Of a DNA stretch of 64,000 nucleotides, positions 19,735 to 30,369 are shown one piece after another. Position 1 is the first letter of the stretch; every line of letters begins with the position of its first letter. The notes beneath the pieces are model-generated. The model ran no database searches and had not been told where the DNA came from. It was given only the letters and a program-made list of their open reading frames with translations. A program made the position numbers and the translations under genes. The stretch comes from a virus: positions 1 through 64,000 of the IMG/VR virus record IMGVR_UViG_3300013094_000025. The stretch is one strand, 5' to 3'.

Positions 19735-20327
19735 AGTATTTTTGCCTCCATCACTTACCTCTACAAGATCGTAGAGATTATTTACAAGAAAGATTTAAAG
19801 TATTAAATCTTGTTGTGGAGTGGGTAACAAATTTTGCACCAGAAGAAATAACTATACCTATCGATGCAACATTTAAGAACCAAGCAGAATTTTCTTTGTA
19901 CTGCAAACATTTATATTGTATTGAACAGCAAATTAAGCATAATATTAATAATATTATTATATTTGAAGATGATGTATTACTTCCAGATGATTTTAATGAA
20001 CATGTTAATCAGTGCTTACAGGAATTTAAAGAAATAAATGGGGATTTATTATTCTTAGGTATTTGTTGCGGTATACAACCCTCTAATATTGTACCTAATA
20101 AGAAAGTTTATTGGGAGCCAGGTTTTTTAACGCGTTGTGCACATTGTTATATAGTAACACTGGAAGCTGCAAAAAAAATATACAAACACTTACAAGTTAA
20201 TCCAGTAGCATACGATTTTAAATTAAACAAAATTATAGAAAGTGAAAATTTAAAATCGTGTTACGGAGAACCTGGTATACATCAGGGTACACAAGGTGGT
20301 AAGTATATCTCGTCATTGAACAATTAA
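19731..20327 (+). CDS. GT25-like glycosyltransferase
   Basis: DRR, SLYCKH, IIFEDDV and AHCYIVT motifs. Confidence 0.75.
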   Translation: MKYFCLHHLPLQDRRDYLQERFKVLNLVVEWVTNFAPEEITIPIDATFKNQAEFSLYCKHLYCIEQQIKHNINNIIIFEDDVLLPDDFNEHVNQCLQEFKEINGDLLFLGICCGIQPSNIVPNKKVYWEPGFLTRCAHCYIVTLEAAKKIYKHLQVNPVAYDFKLNKIIESENLKSCYGEPGIHQGTQGGKYISSLNN

Positions 20328-20328
20328 T

Positions 20329-21231
20329 ATGAAGAAAAAGCTTAAAATATATTTTGAAGATTTCTGGGGACATGATGTATATTTGTTTAATCCTAATGAT
20401 AATTACTTTCTTGATCTTCTAAGTCTCGAGTACGATGTAATAATTGATTCTTCTCCTGATATACTGTTTTATTCTGTTTTTGGTGGCAACAATAATAACT
20501 ATAACGGTAAGTGCAAAAAAGTTTTTTTCTTAGGAGAAAATACGGGTTCAAATTTTAAACATCCGGATACACAGGTATGTGATCTCTCAATGTCTCAGTT
20601 TAATACATCTAAAACAAATATGTTTTTTCCATTATGGGCCCTACAGATAAATTGGTTTAATAAAACTCAACCAAGACCATTACCATCGAACCCTTATTAC
20701 CATATTAATACTGAGGTACTTACTACATCTCCGTTTTTTAATAAAACAAAATTTTGTGCTTTTATAAATGGTAACCCTACAAGTAATCGTTTAGAATTTT
20801 TTAATATATTATCAAAATATAAGCAAGTTGATAGCTATGGACCGTTTTTAAATAATGTTGGTGGACTCTTTGTAAGGAATGAACACGATAAAGTAAATCT
20901 ATTAACACATTACAAATTTACAATTGCTTTTGAGAATACACTTCAAGATGGTTATAATACTGAAAAAATAATACAACCATTAGCTGCAAATTGTATGCCT
21001 ATTTACTGGGGAGGTAAAAGGTATAAAGATTATTTTAATACAGATAAGATTATATGTTTAAACGATGAATCAAATAACTATGATGAAGTTATTGAACAAA
21101 TAATTGCTCTTGATAACGATAAGGATCGGTATAGTAGCATTATGCAGCAATCGAGTATAAAATATGATGCTGTTCAAGAATTTGCACCGGTAAATGTTTT
21201 AAACAGATTAAAACAAACACTTAATATATGA
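20329..21231 (+). CDS. GT10 alpha-1,3-fucosyltransferase-like
   Basis: YKFTIAFEN..DGYNTEKI....ANCMPIYWG is the GT10 signature. Confidence 0.85.
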   Translation: MKKKLKIYFEDFWGHDVYLFNPNDNYFLDLLSLEYDVIIDSSPDILFYSVFGGNNNNYNGKCKKVFFLGENTGSNFKHPDTQVCDLSMSQFNTSKTNMFFPLWALQINWFNKTQPRPLPSNPYYHINTEVLTTSPFFNKTKFCAFINGNPTSNRLEFFNILSKYKQVDSYGPFLNNVGGLFVRNEHDKVNLLTHYKFTIAFENTLQDGYNTEKIIQPLAANCMPIYWGGKRYKDYFNTDKIICLNDESNNYDEVIEQIIALDNDKDRYSSIMQQSSIKYDAVQEFAPVNVLNRLKQTLNI

Positions 21232-21893
21232 AAATAGATGTTTTTACAGATCCGAAATATGCTCATCTTTACGGGGAAAATTTTCCGCGTCCTCAGCCAT
21301 CCGATTTTGCTGTTTCTTATTTTAATGAAACAGAGAATCTTATTTTTATAGATATAGGTGCTAACGATGGTATTACATGCAGCAACTCCCTACCCTTTGA
21401 GATTAACTATAATTGGAAAGGTTTATGCATTGAACCTCATCCAGTTGCCTATAGTAAATTAATTACAAACAGAAATTGTACATGTTTAAATTACGCCGTT
21501 TCTGAAAATGAAATGGAGTTAGACTTTCTAGTTATTGAAGGTAAGGCTGAAATGCTTAGTGGTCTTGTCAAGGACTATCACCCCGATCATATACAACGTA
21601 TTAAAAGAGAAACAGAAGCAAACGGCGATAAAGTTTACGTACAAAAAGTAATATCTAAATCCTTACCGCAGCTTTTAAAAGAAAACAATATAGCAAAAGT
21701 TAATTATCTGTCTATTGATACAGAAGGTTCTGAATTTTCTATTATTAAAGGTATTGATTTTAATATTGTAGATATAGACTTAGTAAGTATTGAAGTAAAT
21801 TATGATATAACCCCGTTTAACGAAATTATGAAATATAATGGGTATACCTTTTTAGAAAAAGTATGTACTGATGCTTTTTATTGTAAAAAATGA
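21228..21893 (+). CDS. FkbM-family methyltransferase
   Basis: FIDIGANDG...SNS, IEP and SIDTEGSE motifs. Confidence 0.87.
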   Translation: MKIDVFTDPKYAHLYGENFPRPQPSDFAVSYFNETENLIFIDIGANDGITCSNSLPFEINYNWKGLCIEPHPVAYSKLITNRNCTCLNYAVSENEMELDFLVIEGKAEMLSGLVKDYHPDHIQRIKRETEANGDKVYVQKVISKSLPQLLKENNIAKVNYLSIDTEGSEFSIIKGIDFNIVDIDLVSIEVNYDITPFNEIMKYNGYTFLEKVCTDAFYCKK

Positions 21894-22843
21894 AAATAGC
21901 ATTTTATCAACCTCATTTAGATATTCAAGGCACAGGGGTAAGCTACTTTGACTATGCCTATCATAATGAAAAGATACTCGGTAATAAATCGTATATGATT
22001 TGTGATAGTGTACATCCTGCTACACATCCTTTAGCTGCTAAAAAGTTTAAAGATAATCTAGAGGTTATAGAGCTAAACGGTACTGAAAATATGTTTGCTT
22101 TAGAACAAGCATGTAAAGATTTAAATGTAGATGCACTTTATATACAAAAGTGTGGTCGTCGCAACGACGGTAGATTTATTGAAAGTGTTCCTACTTTTAT
22201 ACATGTTGTTGGTGTTGTACACGAACCTCACGGTACTGTTTACGCTTATGTAAGTGAATGGTTAAGTAAAACTTTTAATAATATACCATTTGTACCGTAT
22301 ATGGTACACCTACCAGACGCTACAGATAATTTAAGGTTATCGTTAGGTATACCTGATAATGCAATCGTATTTGGTAGAACCGGAGGACCGTATTCATGGA
22401 ATATACCGTTTGTTAACAATGTTATAAGTGATATTCTCTCACAAAGAAATGATATATATTTTCTCTTCGCAAATACAGATAGATTTATAAATCATGATCG
22501 TGTAATCTTTCACGAACCTTTTGCTGATCTAGCATATAAGAAAAAATTTATTAACACGTGCGATGCATTTTTACATGCGCGCGCAGAAGGGGAATCGTTT
22601 GGTGCTTCTGTTGCTGAATTTTCTTTATGTAATAAACCTGTTATAACGTTTGAGCACTCTCCAGAAAGAAATCATATTTTTACACTTAAAGATAAAGGAC
22701 TATACTACAGCAATCCTAGTACGTTATACAGTATATTGTATTCGTTTGTACCTCAGAACGATAAAGACTGGAATGCTTATAGAGATTTTACACCTATTAA
22801 TGTTATGAACAAATTTAAAACAGTTTTTATAGATAAACTATGA
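21890..22843 (+). CDS. GT-B fold (GT4-like) glycosyltransferase
   Basis: CDAFLHARAEGESFGASVAEF...KPVI motif. Confidence 0.75.
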   Translation: MKIAFYQPHLDIQGTGVSYFDYAYHNEKILGNKSYMICDSVHPATHPLAAKKFKDNLEVIELNGTENMFALEQACKDLNVDALYIQKCGRRNDGRFIESVPTFIHVVGVVHEPHGTVYAYVSEWLSKTFNNIPFVPYMVHLPDATDNLRLSLGIPDNAIVFGRTGGPYSWNIPFVNNVISDILSQRNDIYFLFANTDRFINHDRVIFHEPFADLAYKKKFINTCDAFLHARAEGESFGASVAEFSLCNKPVITFEHSPERNHIFTLKDKGLYYSNPSTLYSILYSFVPQNDKDWNAYRDFTPINVMNKFKTVFIDKL

Positions 22844-24222
22844 AACTAAAATTAGTTATATTTGATCTTGATGGAGTATTAGTAGATACAAAAGATATAC
22901 ATTTTAACACACTTAACGACGCTATTAAAAATGTTGCAGGTGAGCAGTATTGTGTTAATACAGAAGAACATATAAATATATATGATGGTCTTAAAACATT
23001 TCAAAAACTTGATATTTTAACAAAAAATAAAAAACTGGATTTGTCTTTACATAAAAAAATCTGGAATAAAAAACAAGAAGCAACACTACAGCACTTTAAG
23101 CAAATAGTAGAAAATAAAGAAATAAAGAAAATATGTGAATTTTTAAACAAAGAAGGGGTTACTATTGCGTGCTGCTCAAACTCTATTAAGCGTACTGTTT
23201 TGCTTGCGCTTTCAAAGCTTGATATTATTGAGTATTTTAATATTATTATTTCAAACGAAGATGTTAAAAGCTCCAAACCTCACCCAGAAATGTTTTGGAA
23301 AGCTATGTCTCAGGCAGGTGTATTACCGGAGGAAACTCTTATTATTGAAGACTCACCACCAGGTCTATTAGGAGCCTCTAGGGCACATACCAGCATTTTA
23401 AGAGTTAAAAACTCTAAAGATTTAACTTACGAAAAATTTATATTAAAATACAAGGAAAATAAAACTATGAATATACCTAAATGGCAAGATGATAATTTAA
23501 ATGTATTAATACCTATGGCAGGAGCAGGCTCTCGTTTCGAACAAGCAGGTTACACGTTTCCTAAACCTTTAATAGATGTAACAGGTAAGCCAATGATACA
23601 GGTTGTAGTTGAAAATTTAAATATACAAGCAAATTTTATTTTTATAGTACAAAAAACACACCGTACAAAATATAATTTAGACGCTGTATTAAGTATGATT
23701 GCTCCTAAATGTACAATTATTGAAACAAATGGACTAACAGAAGGAGCTGCTTGTACAACACTTTTAGCTAAAGAATTTATTAACAATAAAAAACCTTTAT
23801 TAATGGCTAATTCTGATCAATTTATTATTTGGAATTCGAACGAGTTCCTGTATAAAATGTACGAACAGCATGTCGATGGCGGAATAGTAAGTTTTGAATC
23901 TACTCACCCTAAGTGGTCATTTGCAAAAATTGGACCTGAGGGATATGTTACTGAAGTAGCTGAAAAAAATCCAATCTCAAATATTGCTACTGCTGGTATT
24001 TATTTTTGGAAGCACGGTGAAGATTACGTTAAATTTGCAGAGCAAATGATACAAAAAAATATTCGAGTAAATAACGAATTTTACGTTTGCCCGGTTTTTA
24101 ATCAAGCTATTGAAGCAGGTAAAAAGATAAAAACATATAATGTTGATAGTATGTATGGTATCGGTACACCAGAAGATTTAAATTATTTTTTAGAGAAAAG
24201 TAATGTTATTAATATCCCATAG
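22840..24222 (+). CDS. HAD phosphatase fused to sugar nucleotidyltransferase
   Basis: FDLDGVL, KPHPE and IEDS motifs; then IPMAGAGSRF..PKPLI and GTPEDL. Confidence 0.85.
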   Translation: MKLKLVIFDLDGVLVDTKDIHFNTLNDAIKNVAGEQYCVNTEEHINIYDGLKTFQKLDILTKNKKLDLSLHKKIWNKKQEATLQHFKQIVENKEIKKICEFLNKEGVTIACCSNSIKRTVLLALSKLDIIEYFNIIISNEDVKSSKPHPEMFWKAMSQAGVLPEETLIIEDSPPGLLGASRAHTSILRVKNSKDLTYEKFILKYKENKTMNIPKWQDDNLNVLIPMAGAGSRFEQAGYTFPKPLIDVTGKPMIQVVVENLNIQANFIFIVQKTHRTKYNLDAVLSMIAPKCTIIETNGLTEGAACTTLLAKEFINNKKPLLMANSDQFIIWNSNEFLYKMYEQHVDGGIVSFESTHPKWSFAKIGPEGYVTEVAEKNPISNIATAGIYFWKHGEDYVKFAEQMIQKNIRVNNEFYVCPVFNQAIEAGKKIKTYNVDSMYGIGTPEDLNYFLEKSNVINIP

Positions 24223-24643
24223 AGGTAATTTAAAAGGTCCTATACCTGCCAAAGAAAATCACCCGTCTCAAATACTTTATTGCTTTGAGCAAAACTATGA
24301 TGTCGAAATCGATGTATGGTTTAAAGATGGTAATTTTTACTTAGGACATGATACACCGTTATATAATACAGATATACAGTTTTTAAGTAACACGAAATTA
24401 TGGTGTCACGCTAAAAATAATGACGCATTTATAAATTTACAAAAGCATAATATTCATTGTTTTTGGCATCAAACAGATACGTTTACTTTAACATCTAAAA
24501 ACTATATTTGGTGTTATCCGGGTAATTTACTTGAAAACGGTATAATAGTTTTACCTGAAACCTCTTCCTTAACATTACTTGATATTGTTAAGTCAGGTGC
24601 TGCAGGTATATGTTCTGATTATATTTCAGAATATAAGCATTGA
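24203..24643 (+). CDS. glycerophosphodiester phosphodiesterase-like protein
   Basis: ISHRGN, EN, DVEIDVW, LGHD and GICSD motifs. Confidence 0.7.
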   Translation: MLLISHRGNLKGPIPAKENHPSQILYCFEQNYDVEIDVWFKDGNFYLGHDTPLYNTDIQFLSNTKLWCHAKNNDAFINLQKHNIHCFWHQTDTFTLTSKNYIWCYPGNLLENGIIVLPETSSLTLLDIVKSGAAGICSDYISEYKH

Positions 24644-24678
24644 TATAATCCTATCATTAATATAAATTAGTATATATA

Positions 24679-25380
24679 ATGAAAGTAGCTATATGTATGT
24701 CTGGAGGGTTAAGATGTTTCAAAGAAACATATCAATTTACAGATAAGTTTATTTTTTCAAAATTAGATTATGATCTTTATTTTTACGGTACAGAAAATAA
24801 AGAAGGCAAAGAACAAAATTTAAACGATTTTACAAACTTATATAACCCTAAAAGTGTTATTATTAATGACACTGAATTTTATACTGATATTATAAATTCG
24901 TTTGATATAAACTGGGATAAAAAACAAAATCTTATACCTATGTTTTTTAATATTTATATGTGCAACGAACTTCGTAAAAATAGTAATGTACATTATGATA
25001 TAGTTATCCGCTGCAGACCTGATTGTTTTTTTAAACAAAGTATACCTGAACAAGATTTTATTAATGCTGCAACAAATACTTTATTAGTACCAGGGTGCTG
25101 GTCTTTTGGAGGTGTTTCAGATTTATTTGCTATAGCTAATAGTAACGTTTATAATAGTTATGCTAGTACATATTTAAATTTAAAAGAATATTTTGATGCA
25201 AATATAATTCATCCAGAAATTATTACTCATAAACAATGTGAAAAACATAATTTATCTGTACAAAGTATAGAAAAGTATATGGAGTTTGAATTTCCTGATA
25301 TAGTTGATTCAACTATAGAAAATATTACATTTAATAATGCTGGGCAGAGAAACTTTAAATACAGCTACGATAAGAAATGA
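24679..25380 (+). CDS. hypothetical protein typical of glycan loci
   Basis: MKVAICMSGGLR, YDIVIRCRPD and DLFAI motifs. Confidence 0.55.
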   Translation: MKVAICMSGGLRCFKETYQFTDKFIFSKLDYDLYFYGTENKEGKEQNLNDFTNLYNPKSVIINDTEFYTDIINSFDINWDKKQNLIPMFFNIYMCNELRKNSNVHYDIVIRCRPDCFFKQSIPEQDFINAATNTLLVPGCWSFGGVSDLFAIANSNVYNSYASTYLNLKEYFDANIIHPEIITHKQCEKHNLSVQSIEKYMEFEFPDIVDSTIENITFNNAGQRNFKYSYDKK

Positions 25381-26411
25381 AAAAAATTTTAATTACAGGA
25401 TCAGGAGGTTTAATAGGCTCAGAAGCTGTCGAATATTACTGCAATAAAGGTTATACAGTTATCGGTATAGATAATAACTTTAGAGAGTATTTTTTTGGCA
25501 ATCAAGGTTCTGTATCGTGGAGAATAGAAGAATTATCAAAACATAAAAATTATATCCATTATAATGTAGATATTAGGAATTATAATAGTATTGAAGATAT
25601 TTTTAAAACAAATGGCACTTTTGATCTTATAATACATACAGCAGCTCAACCCTCTCATGATTGGGCATGCAAGGAACCTTTAACTGACTTTAACGTTAAT
25701 GCTGTTGGAACAACTAATATGTTAGAAGCTTATAGGTTATATAGTCCGGAAGCTGTTTTTATATTTACATCAACTAATAAGGTTTATGGAGATACTCCTA
25801 ATAGAATTGCATTACATGAAGATGAAACTAGATTTACACCTCTTCTACCTGACCATAAAAACGGATTTAATGAATGGGTATCAATAGATCATTGTTTACA
25901 TAGCGTATTTGGTGCTAGTAAAGTGGCTGCTGATATAATGGTTCAAGAATACGGAAAATATTTTAACCTAAAAACCGTTGTATTTAGAGGTGGTTGTTTA
26001 ACTGGACAAAAACATTCAGGTGTTGAACTTCATGGATTTCTTTCCTATTTAGTAAAATGCTGCGTAAATGATATTCCATACACAATTTTTGGTTATAAAG
26101 GTAAACAAGTAAGGGATAACATCCATTCATCCGACTTAATATCTGCTTTTGATGCATATTTTGAATCGCCAAAAACAAATGGCGAAGTTTATAACATCGG
26201 TGGCGGAACTTATTCAAATTGTTCGGTATTGGAAGCTATAACTTTAATAGAAACGATGACAAATAAGAAATTAAACTATACTATTAAAGACGAAAATAGA
26301 ATAGGGGATCATCAATGGTGGATTTCTGATACCAGAAAATTTAAAAGACATTTTCCAGAATGGAAACAAGTATATAATATGGAAAGAATAATAGAAACTT
26401 TTATTAGTTAA
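25377..26411 (+). CDS. NAD-dependent epimerase, CDP-paratose 2-epimerase (RfbE)-like
   Basis: GSGGLIG, HTAAQPSHD, STNKVYG, FGASK, GKQVRD and RIGDH motifs. Confidence 0.85.
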   Translation: MKKILITGSGGLIGSEAVEYYCNKGYTVIGIDNNFREYFFGNQGSVSWRIEELSKHKNYIHYNVDIRNYNSIEDIFKTNGTFDLIIHTAAQPSHDWACKEPLTDFNVNAVGTTNMLEAYRLYSPEAVFIFTSTNKVYGDTPNRIALHEDETRFTPLLPDHKNGFNEWVSIDHCLHSVFGASKVAADIMVQEYGKYFNLKTVVFRGGCLTGQKHSGVELHGFLSYLVKCCVNDIPYTIFGYKGKQVRDNIHSSDLISAFDAYFESPKTNGEVYNIGGGTYSNCSVLEAITLIETMTNKKLNYTIKDENRIGDHQWWISDTRKFKRHFPEWKQVYNMERIIETFIS

Positions 26412-26412
26412 T

Positions 26413-27267
26413 ATGAGTAAAAACTTTGTAAATGGTTCGTTTTATCTTTATGAGCAATTTAAAAACGACAAACCGTTTGGTTGCGGTAAGATAGGTAATT
26501 GTGAATTAATGTGTATATATAACTATTATATGTACAAACAAAACAAACAATCTATACAGTGGATGCCAAATGTTGTACAGGAAATTTATAATAATGCAGG
26601 AGTATTTCCACAAACAGAAGAAGCACGTATAGATTTTATAAAAGAAATTACAAATAGTCTTCCATATATAGATTCACTTGCTTGGTGGTCAATGTTTAAT
26701 ATGTCATTTGAGGCATCGTATATAAAGAGTTATTCACCTGATTGTGAATTAATTGATTTGCAGAGTATTGAACCGTTTTATTCAGGTTCTCCGTGGTCTG
26801 AACATTTAAAGGATAAAAATGTTTTAGTTATATCACCGTTTACTGATTCAATACGCAAACAGTATGAAAAAAGACACCTTATATGGAAAGACACAAGAAT
26901 TCTTCCAACCTTTAAATCATTACTCACTCTTAAACATCCGCACTCTCCTGGCATAGATAAGCCTAGTGAGTTTAATAGTTGGTTAGATATGATCAGGCAC
27001 TTTAAAACAATAATGGACACTATTGATTATGATGTAATGCTTGTAGGAGCAGGAGCGTCATCTTTACCTTTAGTAGCACATGCAAAAAAAAGTGGTAAAA
27101 AAGCTATTCATCTCGGAGGACCTCTACAATTACTATTTGGTATAAAGGGAGGTAGATGGAGTAACGGTGATATAGGTAAACATTTCTATAACGAACATTG
27201 GATTAACCCGTCTATAGAAGAAACACCTGAAAAATATAAAAATATTGAAGGTGGTTGCTATTGGTAA
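26413..27267 (+). CDS. hypothetical glycan-locus protein (GT-D-like)
   Basis: KIGNCE, VLVISPF and AIHLGGPLQLLFGIKGGRW...EGGCYW. Confidence 0.55.
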   Translation: MSKNFVNGSFYLYEQFKNDKPFGCGKIGNCELMCIYNYYMYKQNKQSIQWMPNVVQEIYNNAGVFPQTEEARIDFIKEITNSLPYIDSLAWWSMFNMSFEASYIKSYSPDCELIDLQSIEPFYSGSPWSEHLKDKNVLVISPFTDSIRKQYEKRHLIWKDTRILPTFKSLLTLKHPHSPGIDKPSEFNSWLDMIRHFKTIMDTIDYDVMLVGAGASSLPLVAHAKKSGKKAIHLGGPLQLLFGIKGGRWSNGDIGKHFYNEHWINPSIEETPEKYKNIEGGCYW

Positions 27268-27282
27268 AGAGTACAGTATAAT
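27255..27282 (+). promoter_or_regulatory. sigma70-like promoter for gp46 (leaderless)
   Basis: TTGCTA-N16-TATAAT, then 6 nt to GTG 27289. Confidence 0.6.
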
Positions 27283-27288
27283 AGTATC

Positions 27289-29082
27289 GTGCGCTTAGTT
27301 AGCTTTAAATCTTTATCGATACGTAATTTTTTATCTGTTGGAGATACGCCAATTATAATAAATTTTCAAGAAGGTATTAATGTAATTACTGGTATTAATT
27401 ACGATAAAGAAGATTCAAAAAACGGTGTAGGTAAGTCTACTGTTATTGATGCTTTATACTTTGCTCTTTTCGGTACAACTATTAGAGAGATTAATAAAGA
27501 TCTTATTACTAATTCATTTACTAAAAAAGTATGTGAAGTAAAATTAGAGCTACAGATTGATAATAACGGTAATACAAATATTTACAATATAGCTAGGACA
27601 CTTACCCCTACTAAATGCTTTTTATCTAAAGATGGTGTAGATATAACTCATTCTACCTTAGCTAAGACAAATGAGTTTATACAGAAGTTGCTTCGTTCTA
27701 CTGGTAAGGTATTTCAAAATTCTGTTATTATGACTATCAATAATACTGTGCCGTTTATGGCACAAAGTAAAATTGATAAGCGTAAGTTTATTGAAAGTGT
27801 TTTGAATCTTGAAGCGTTTTCAGAAATGCTCTCATTAACTCGAGAAGAATATAATCTTATAAAAAGAGATTATGAAGTACTGTATGCTAAGAATCAAACT
27901 GTTGAAAAGAGTTATAATACAAGTAAGACTCAATTAGAACGTTTTGAAGAAAATAAGCAAAATAGAATTAAAACAATTGCAGATAGAATAGCTGAAAATA
28001 TAGTTAAGATAGATAATTTTACTAAACAAATAGTAACGTTACCTGATAACGTCGATCAACTTATTACTGATAAGCGTACTTTACTTAATAACGAAATAAC
28101 AGACATACAAAAAAAGCGAAGAGATGCTGATAACGAATTAACAGTTATTCGAACAAATATTAGCTTACTTGAAAAACAACTTAAAGAAATAGAAAAAGAC
28201 GGAGCTAGTTGTACAACATGTAAGCGTCCTTTTCCTGAAGATGATTTAAAACATAAAGAACTGAATAAAAATGAAATTAATAATAGTTTGTCGTTACTTT
28301 ATAACGATAGAGAATCTGCAATAACTATTGTTGATAATATAGAAGATAGAGAAGATAATAAGAGAACAGAAATAAGAACTGTTGAAACAAAAAAAGACGG
28401 AATTAGTAAAGTAAAATCTACTAATGATGCTCTACAGACTAAAATTGTTTTTTTGACTGATAATAATAATGATTTACTGCTTGAGCAGCAAGATATAGCT
28501 CACGAAACAAATGCAGAATTAGAACAAACGGTTCAAGAACTTGAAACAGAGTATAACGATAATAAATCTCAAATTGAAAAATTAGACAATAATCTATCTG
28601 TACTTGAGTGCGTTAAGTTTGTAGTATCAGAAGAAGGAGTAAAATCGTATATTGTTAAAAAAATTCTTAAGGTTCTTAATTCAAGACTTGCTTATTATTT
28701 ACAAGTACTTGAAGCTAACTGTCTCTGTCAATTTAACGAATACTTTGATGAAACTATTACTGATGAAAAAGGTGGAGATAAATCCTACTTTAACTTTAGC
28801 GGAGGAGAACGCAAGCGTATTGATTTAGCATGCCTCTTTGCTTTCTTAGATATTCGTAGAATGCAAGGAGATGTACACTTTAGTACAATCTTCTATGATG
28901 AACTTTTAGATTCGTCTCTAGATGATAAAGGTGTTGAATTAGTAGTTAATATTTTAAGGGAACGATCTGAAAAGCATAATGAAAGCAGTTATATTATTAC
29001 TCACCGTGGAGTAGCCTTTACAGGTAAGGTAAATAATACAATTATGCTGGAAAAAAGAAACAACTTTACATATTTATTATAA
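27289..29082 (+). CDS. recombination ATPase, gp46/Rad50/SbcC-like
   Basis: NFLSVG, NGVGKST, CTTC zinc hook, FSGGE and FYDELLD motifs. Confidence 0.93.
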   Translation: MRLVSFKSLSIRNFLSVGDTPIIINFQEGINVITGINYDKEDSKNGVGKSTVIDALYFALFGTTIREINKDLITNSFTKKVCEVKLELQIDNNGNTNIYNIARTLTPTKCFLSKDGVDITHSTLAKTNEFIQKLLRSTGKVFQNSVIMTINNTVPFMAQSKIDKRKFIESVLNLEAFSEMLSLTREEYNLIKRDYEVLYAKNQTVEKSYNTSKTQLERFEENKQNRIKTIADRIAENIVKIDNFTKQIVTLPDNVDQLITDKRTLLNNEITDIQKKRRDADNELTVIRTNISLLEKQLKEIEKDGASCTTCKRPFPEDDLKHKELNKNEINNSLSLLYNDRESAITIVDNIEDREDNKRTEIRTVETKKDGISKVKSTNDALQTKIVFLTDNNNDLLLEQQDIAHETNAELEQTVQELETEYNDNKSQIEKLDNNLSVLECVKFVVSEEGVKSYIVKKILKVLNSRLAYYLQVLEANCLCQFNEYFDETITDEKGGDKSYFNFSGGERKRIDLACLFAFLDIRRMQGDVHFSTIFYDELLDSSLDDKGVELVVNILRERSEKHNESSYIITHRGVAFTGKVNNTIMLEKRNNFTYLL

Positions 29083-29085
29083 CAC

Positions 29086-30330
29086 ATGAGCAACATACTC
29101 TCCCATCATTCAGGTATTGCACACAATATTGGTGCACCTATTGGTCTACCTCCAGGAATACCTAGCACTTGTCAGGTATTTCCTTTACCTCCTAGTATGG
29201 CTTTACCACCACCAGAGATACCTGGTCAAGGTCTTCCTAGGGCTGTAAACTATTTAGCTGATTATGGTGGTTGTAGCTGGTATCGTTGTATGGCACCAAA
29301 CTTAATGCTCAACCTTTATAATAAGGCTGTAGTAATTGAGTCTACAACAATGGTTCTTGACCCTCGTTATTACCAGGGCTTAGCTGCTGTTAAGATTCAA
29401 CGTCAGGCAACACCTCAACAAAGAGAGTTTGTAACCTTCCTCAAACAAATTCAGAAAGATTGTGGATTTAAATTAATTTACGAAATTGACGATATTGTCT
29501 TTAGAGAAGATATTCCTGACTTTAATCGTAATAAGGATGCATTTACGTCAGATGAAATCCGTAACAGTATTATGGATATTATGAACATGTGTGACGAAAT
29601 TACTGTTACATGCCCGTTCATGAGAGACTACTTTAAAGAAAAGACGGGTAATCAAAATGTAACTGTTATTCCTAACTACCTATTGAAATGGTGGTTTGAT
29701 CGTTACTACAATATTAGTAATCTTGTTAACGCTTACGACAGAAATCAGAAGAAGCCTGTTATTTCAATCTTTGCTTCAGGTACCCATGTTGATGTAACAA
29801 ACAGAACAGGTCAAAATGATGACTTCGCTGCTATTATAAACGCAGTTATTAAGACACGTAAGAATTACAAATGGCAGTTCTATGGTTGCTACCCACTACC
29901 GTTAAAGCCGTTTATTGATTCTGGAGAGATCTTGTTTAGAGATTGGACTCAACTTCCTGACTTCCCAGGAGTTATGGCAAACTCTGGTACTCAGCTTACC
30001 TTTGCTGCTCTTCAGGATAATAATTTCAACAGAGCTAAGAGTAACATTAAGCTTATTGAAGCTGGTGCACTAGGACTACCTTGCGTATGTCCAGATATGG
30101 TTACGTATAAGGATGCTAGCTTAAAGTATAAAACTGGAGATGAGTTTATTGACCAGATCAAATACGCTCTTAAGGATCACGACCGTTATACTCGTATGTG
30201 TAAGGAAGCTCGTAAGTATTCAGAAAAGTTCTGGTTAGAAGATGAAAAGAATCTTAACAAGCACTTAGAAGCTTATACGACACCTTTCGGATCACCAGAT
30301 AGAAAGTATCTTAAAGAGTGTAATTTATAA
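29086..30330 (+). CDS. GT-B fold glycosyltransferase
   Basis: ADYGGCSWYR, YEIDD and FNRAKSNIKLIEAGALGLP motifs. Confidence 0.75.
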   Translation: MSNILSHHSGIAHNIGAPIGLPPGIPSTCQVFPLPPSMALPPPEIPGQGLPRAVNYLADYGGCSWYRCMAPNLMLNLYNKAVVIESTTMVLDPRYYQGLAAVKIQRQATPQQREFVTFLKQIQKDCGFKLIYEIDDIVFREDIPDFNRNKDAFTSDEIRNSIMDIMNMCDEITVTCPFMRDYFKEKTGNQNVTVIPNYLLKWWFDRYYNISNLVNAYDRNQKKPVISIFASGTHVDVTNRTGQNDDFAAIINAVIKTRKNYKWQFYGCYPLPLKPFIDSGEILFRDWTQLPDFPGVMANSGTQLTFAALQDNNFNRAKSNIKLIEAGALGLPCVCPDMVTYKDASLKYKTGDEFIDQIKYALKDHDRYTRMCKEARKYSEKFWLEDEKNLNKHLEAYTTPFGSPDRKYLKECNL

Positions 30331-30335
30331 TTTGC

Positions 30336-30363
30336 TTGACCGTCTTTAGAAAGCATATAGAAT
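30336..30363 (+). promoter_or_regulatory. sigma70-like promoter for DNA polymerase (leaderless)
   Basis: TTGACC-N16-TAGAAT, then 6 nt to GTG 30370. Confidence 0.65.
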
Positions 30364-30369
30364 ATAGGT

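Noticed and set aside
29033-30369. Inteins in pol, helicase, terminase or RNR; tRNA genes in intergenic gaps
   Set aside because: Protein lengths are normal with no intein motifs seen, and the gaps are too short or lack cloverleaf/T-loop signatures.
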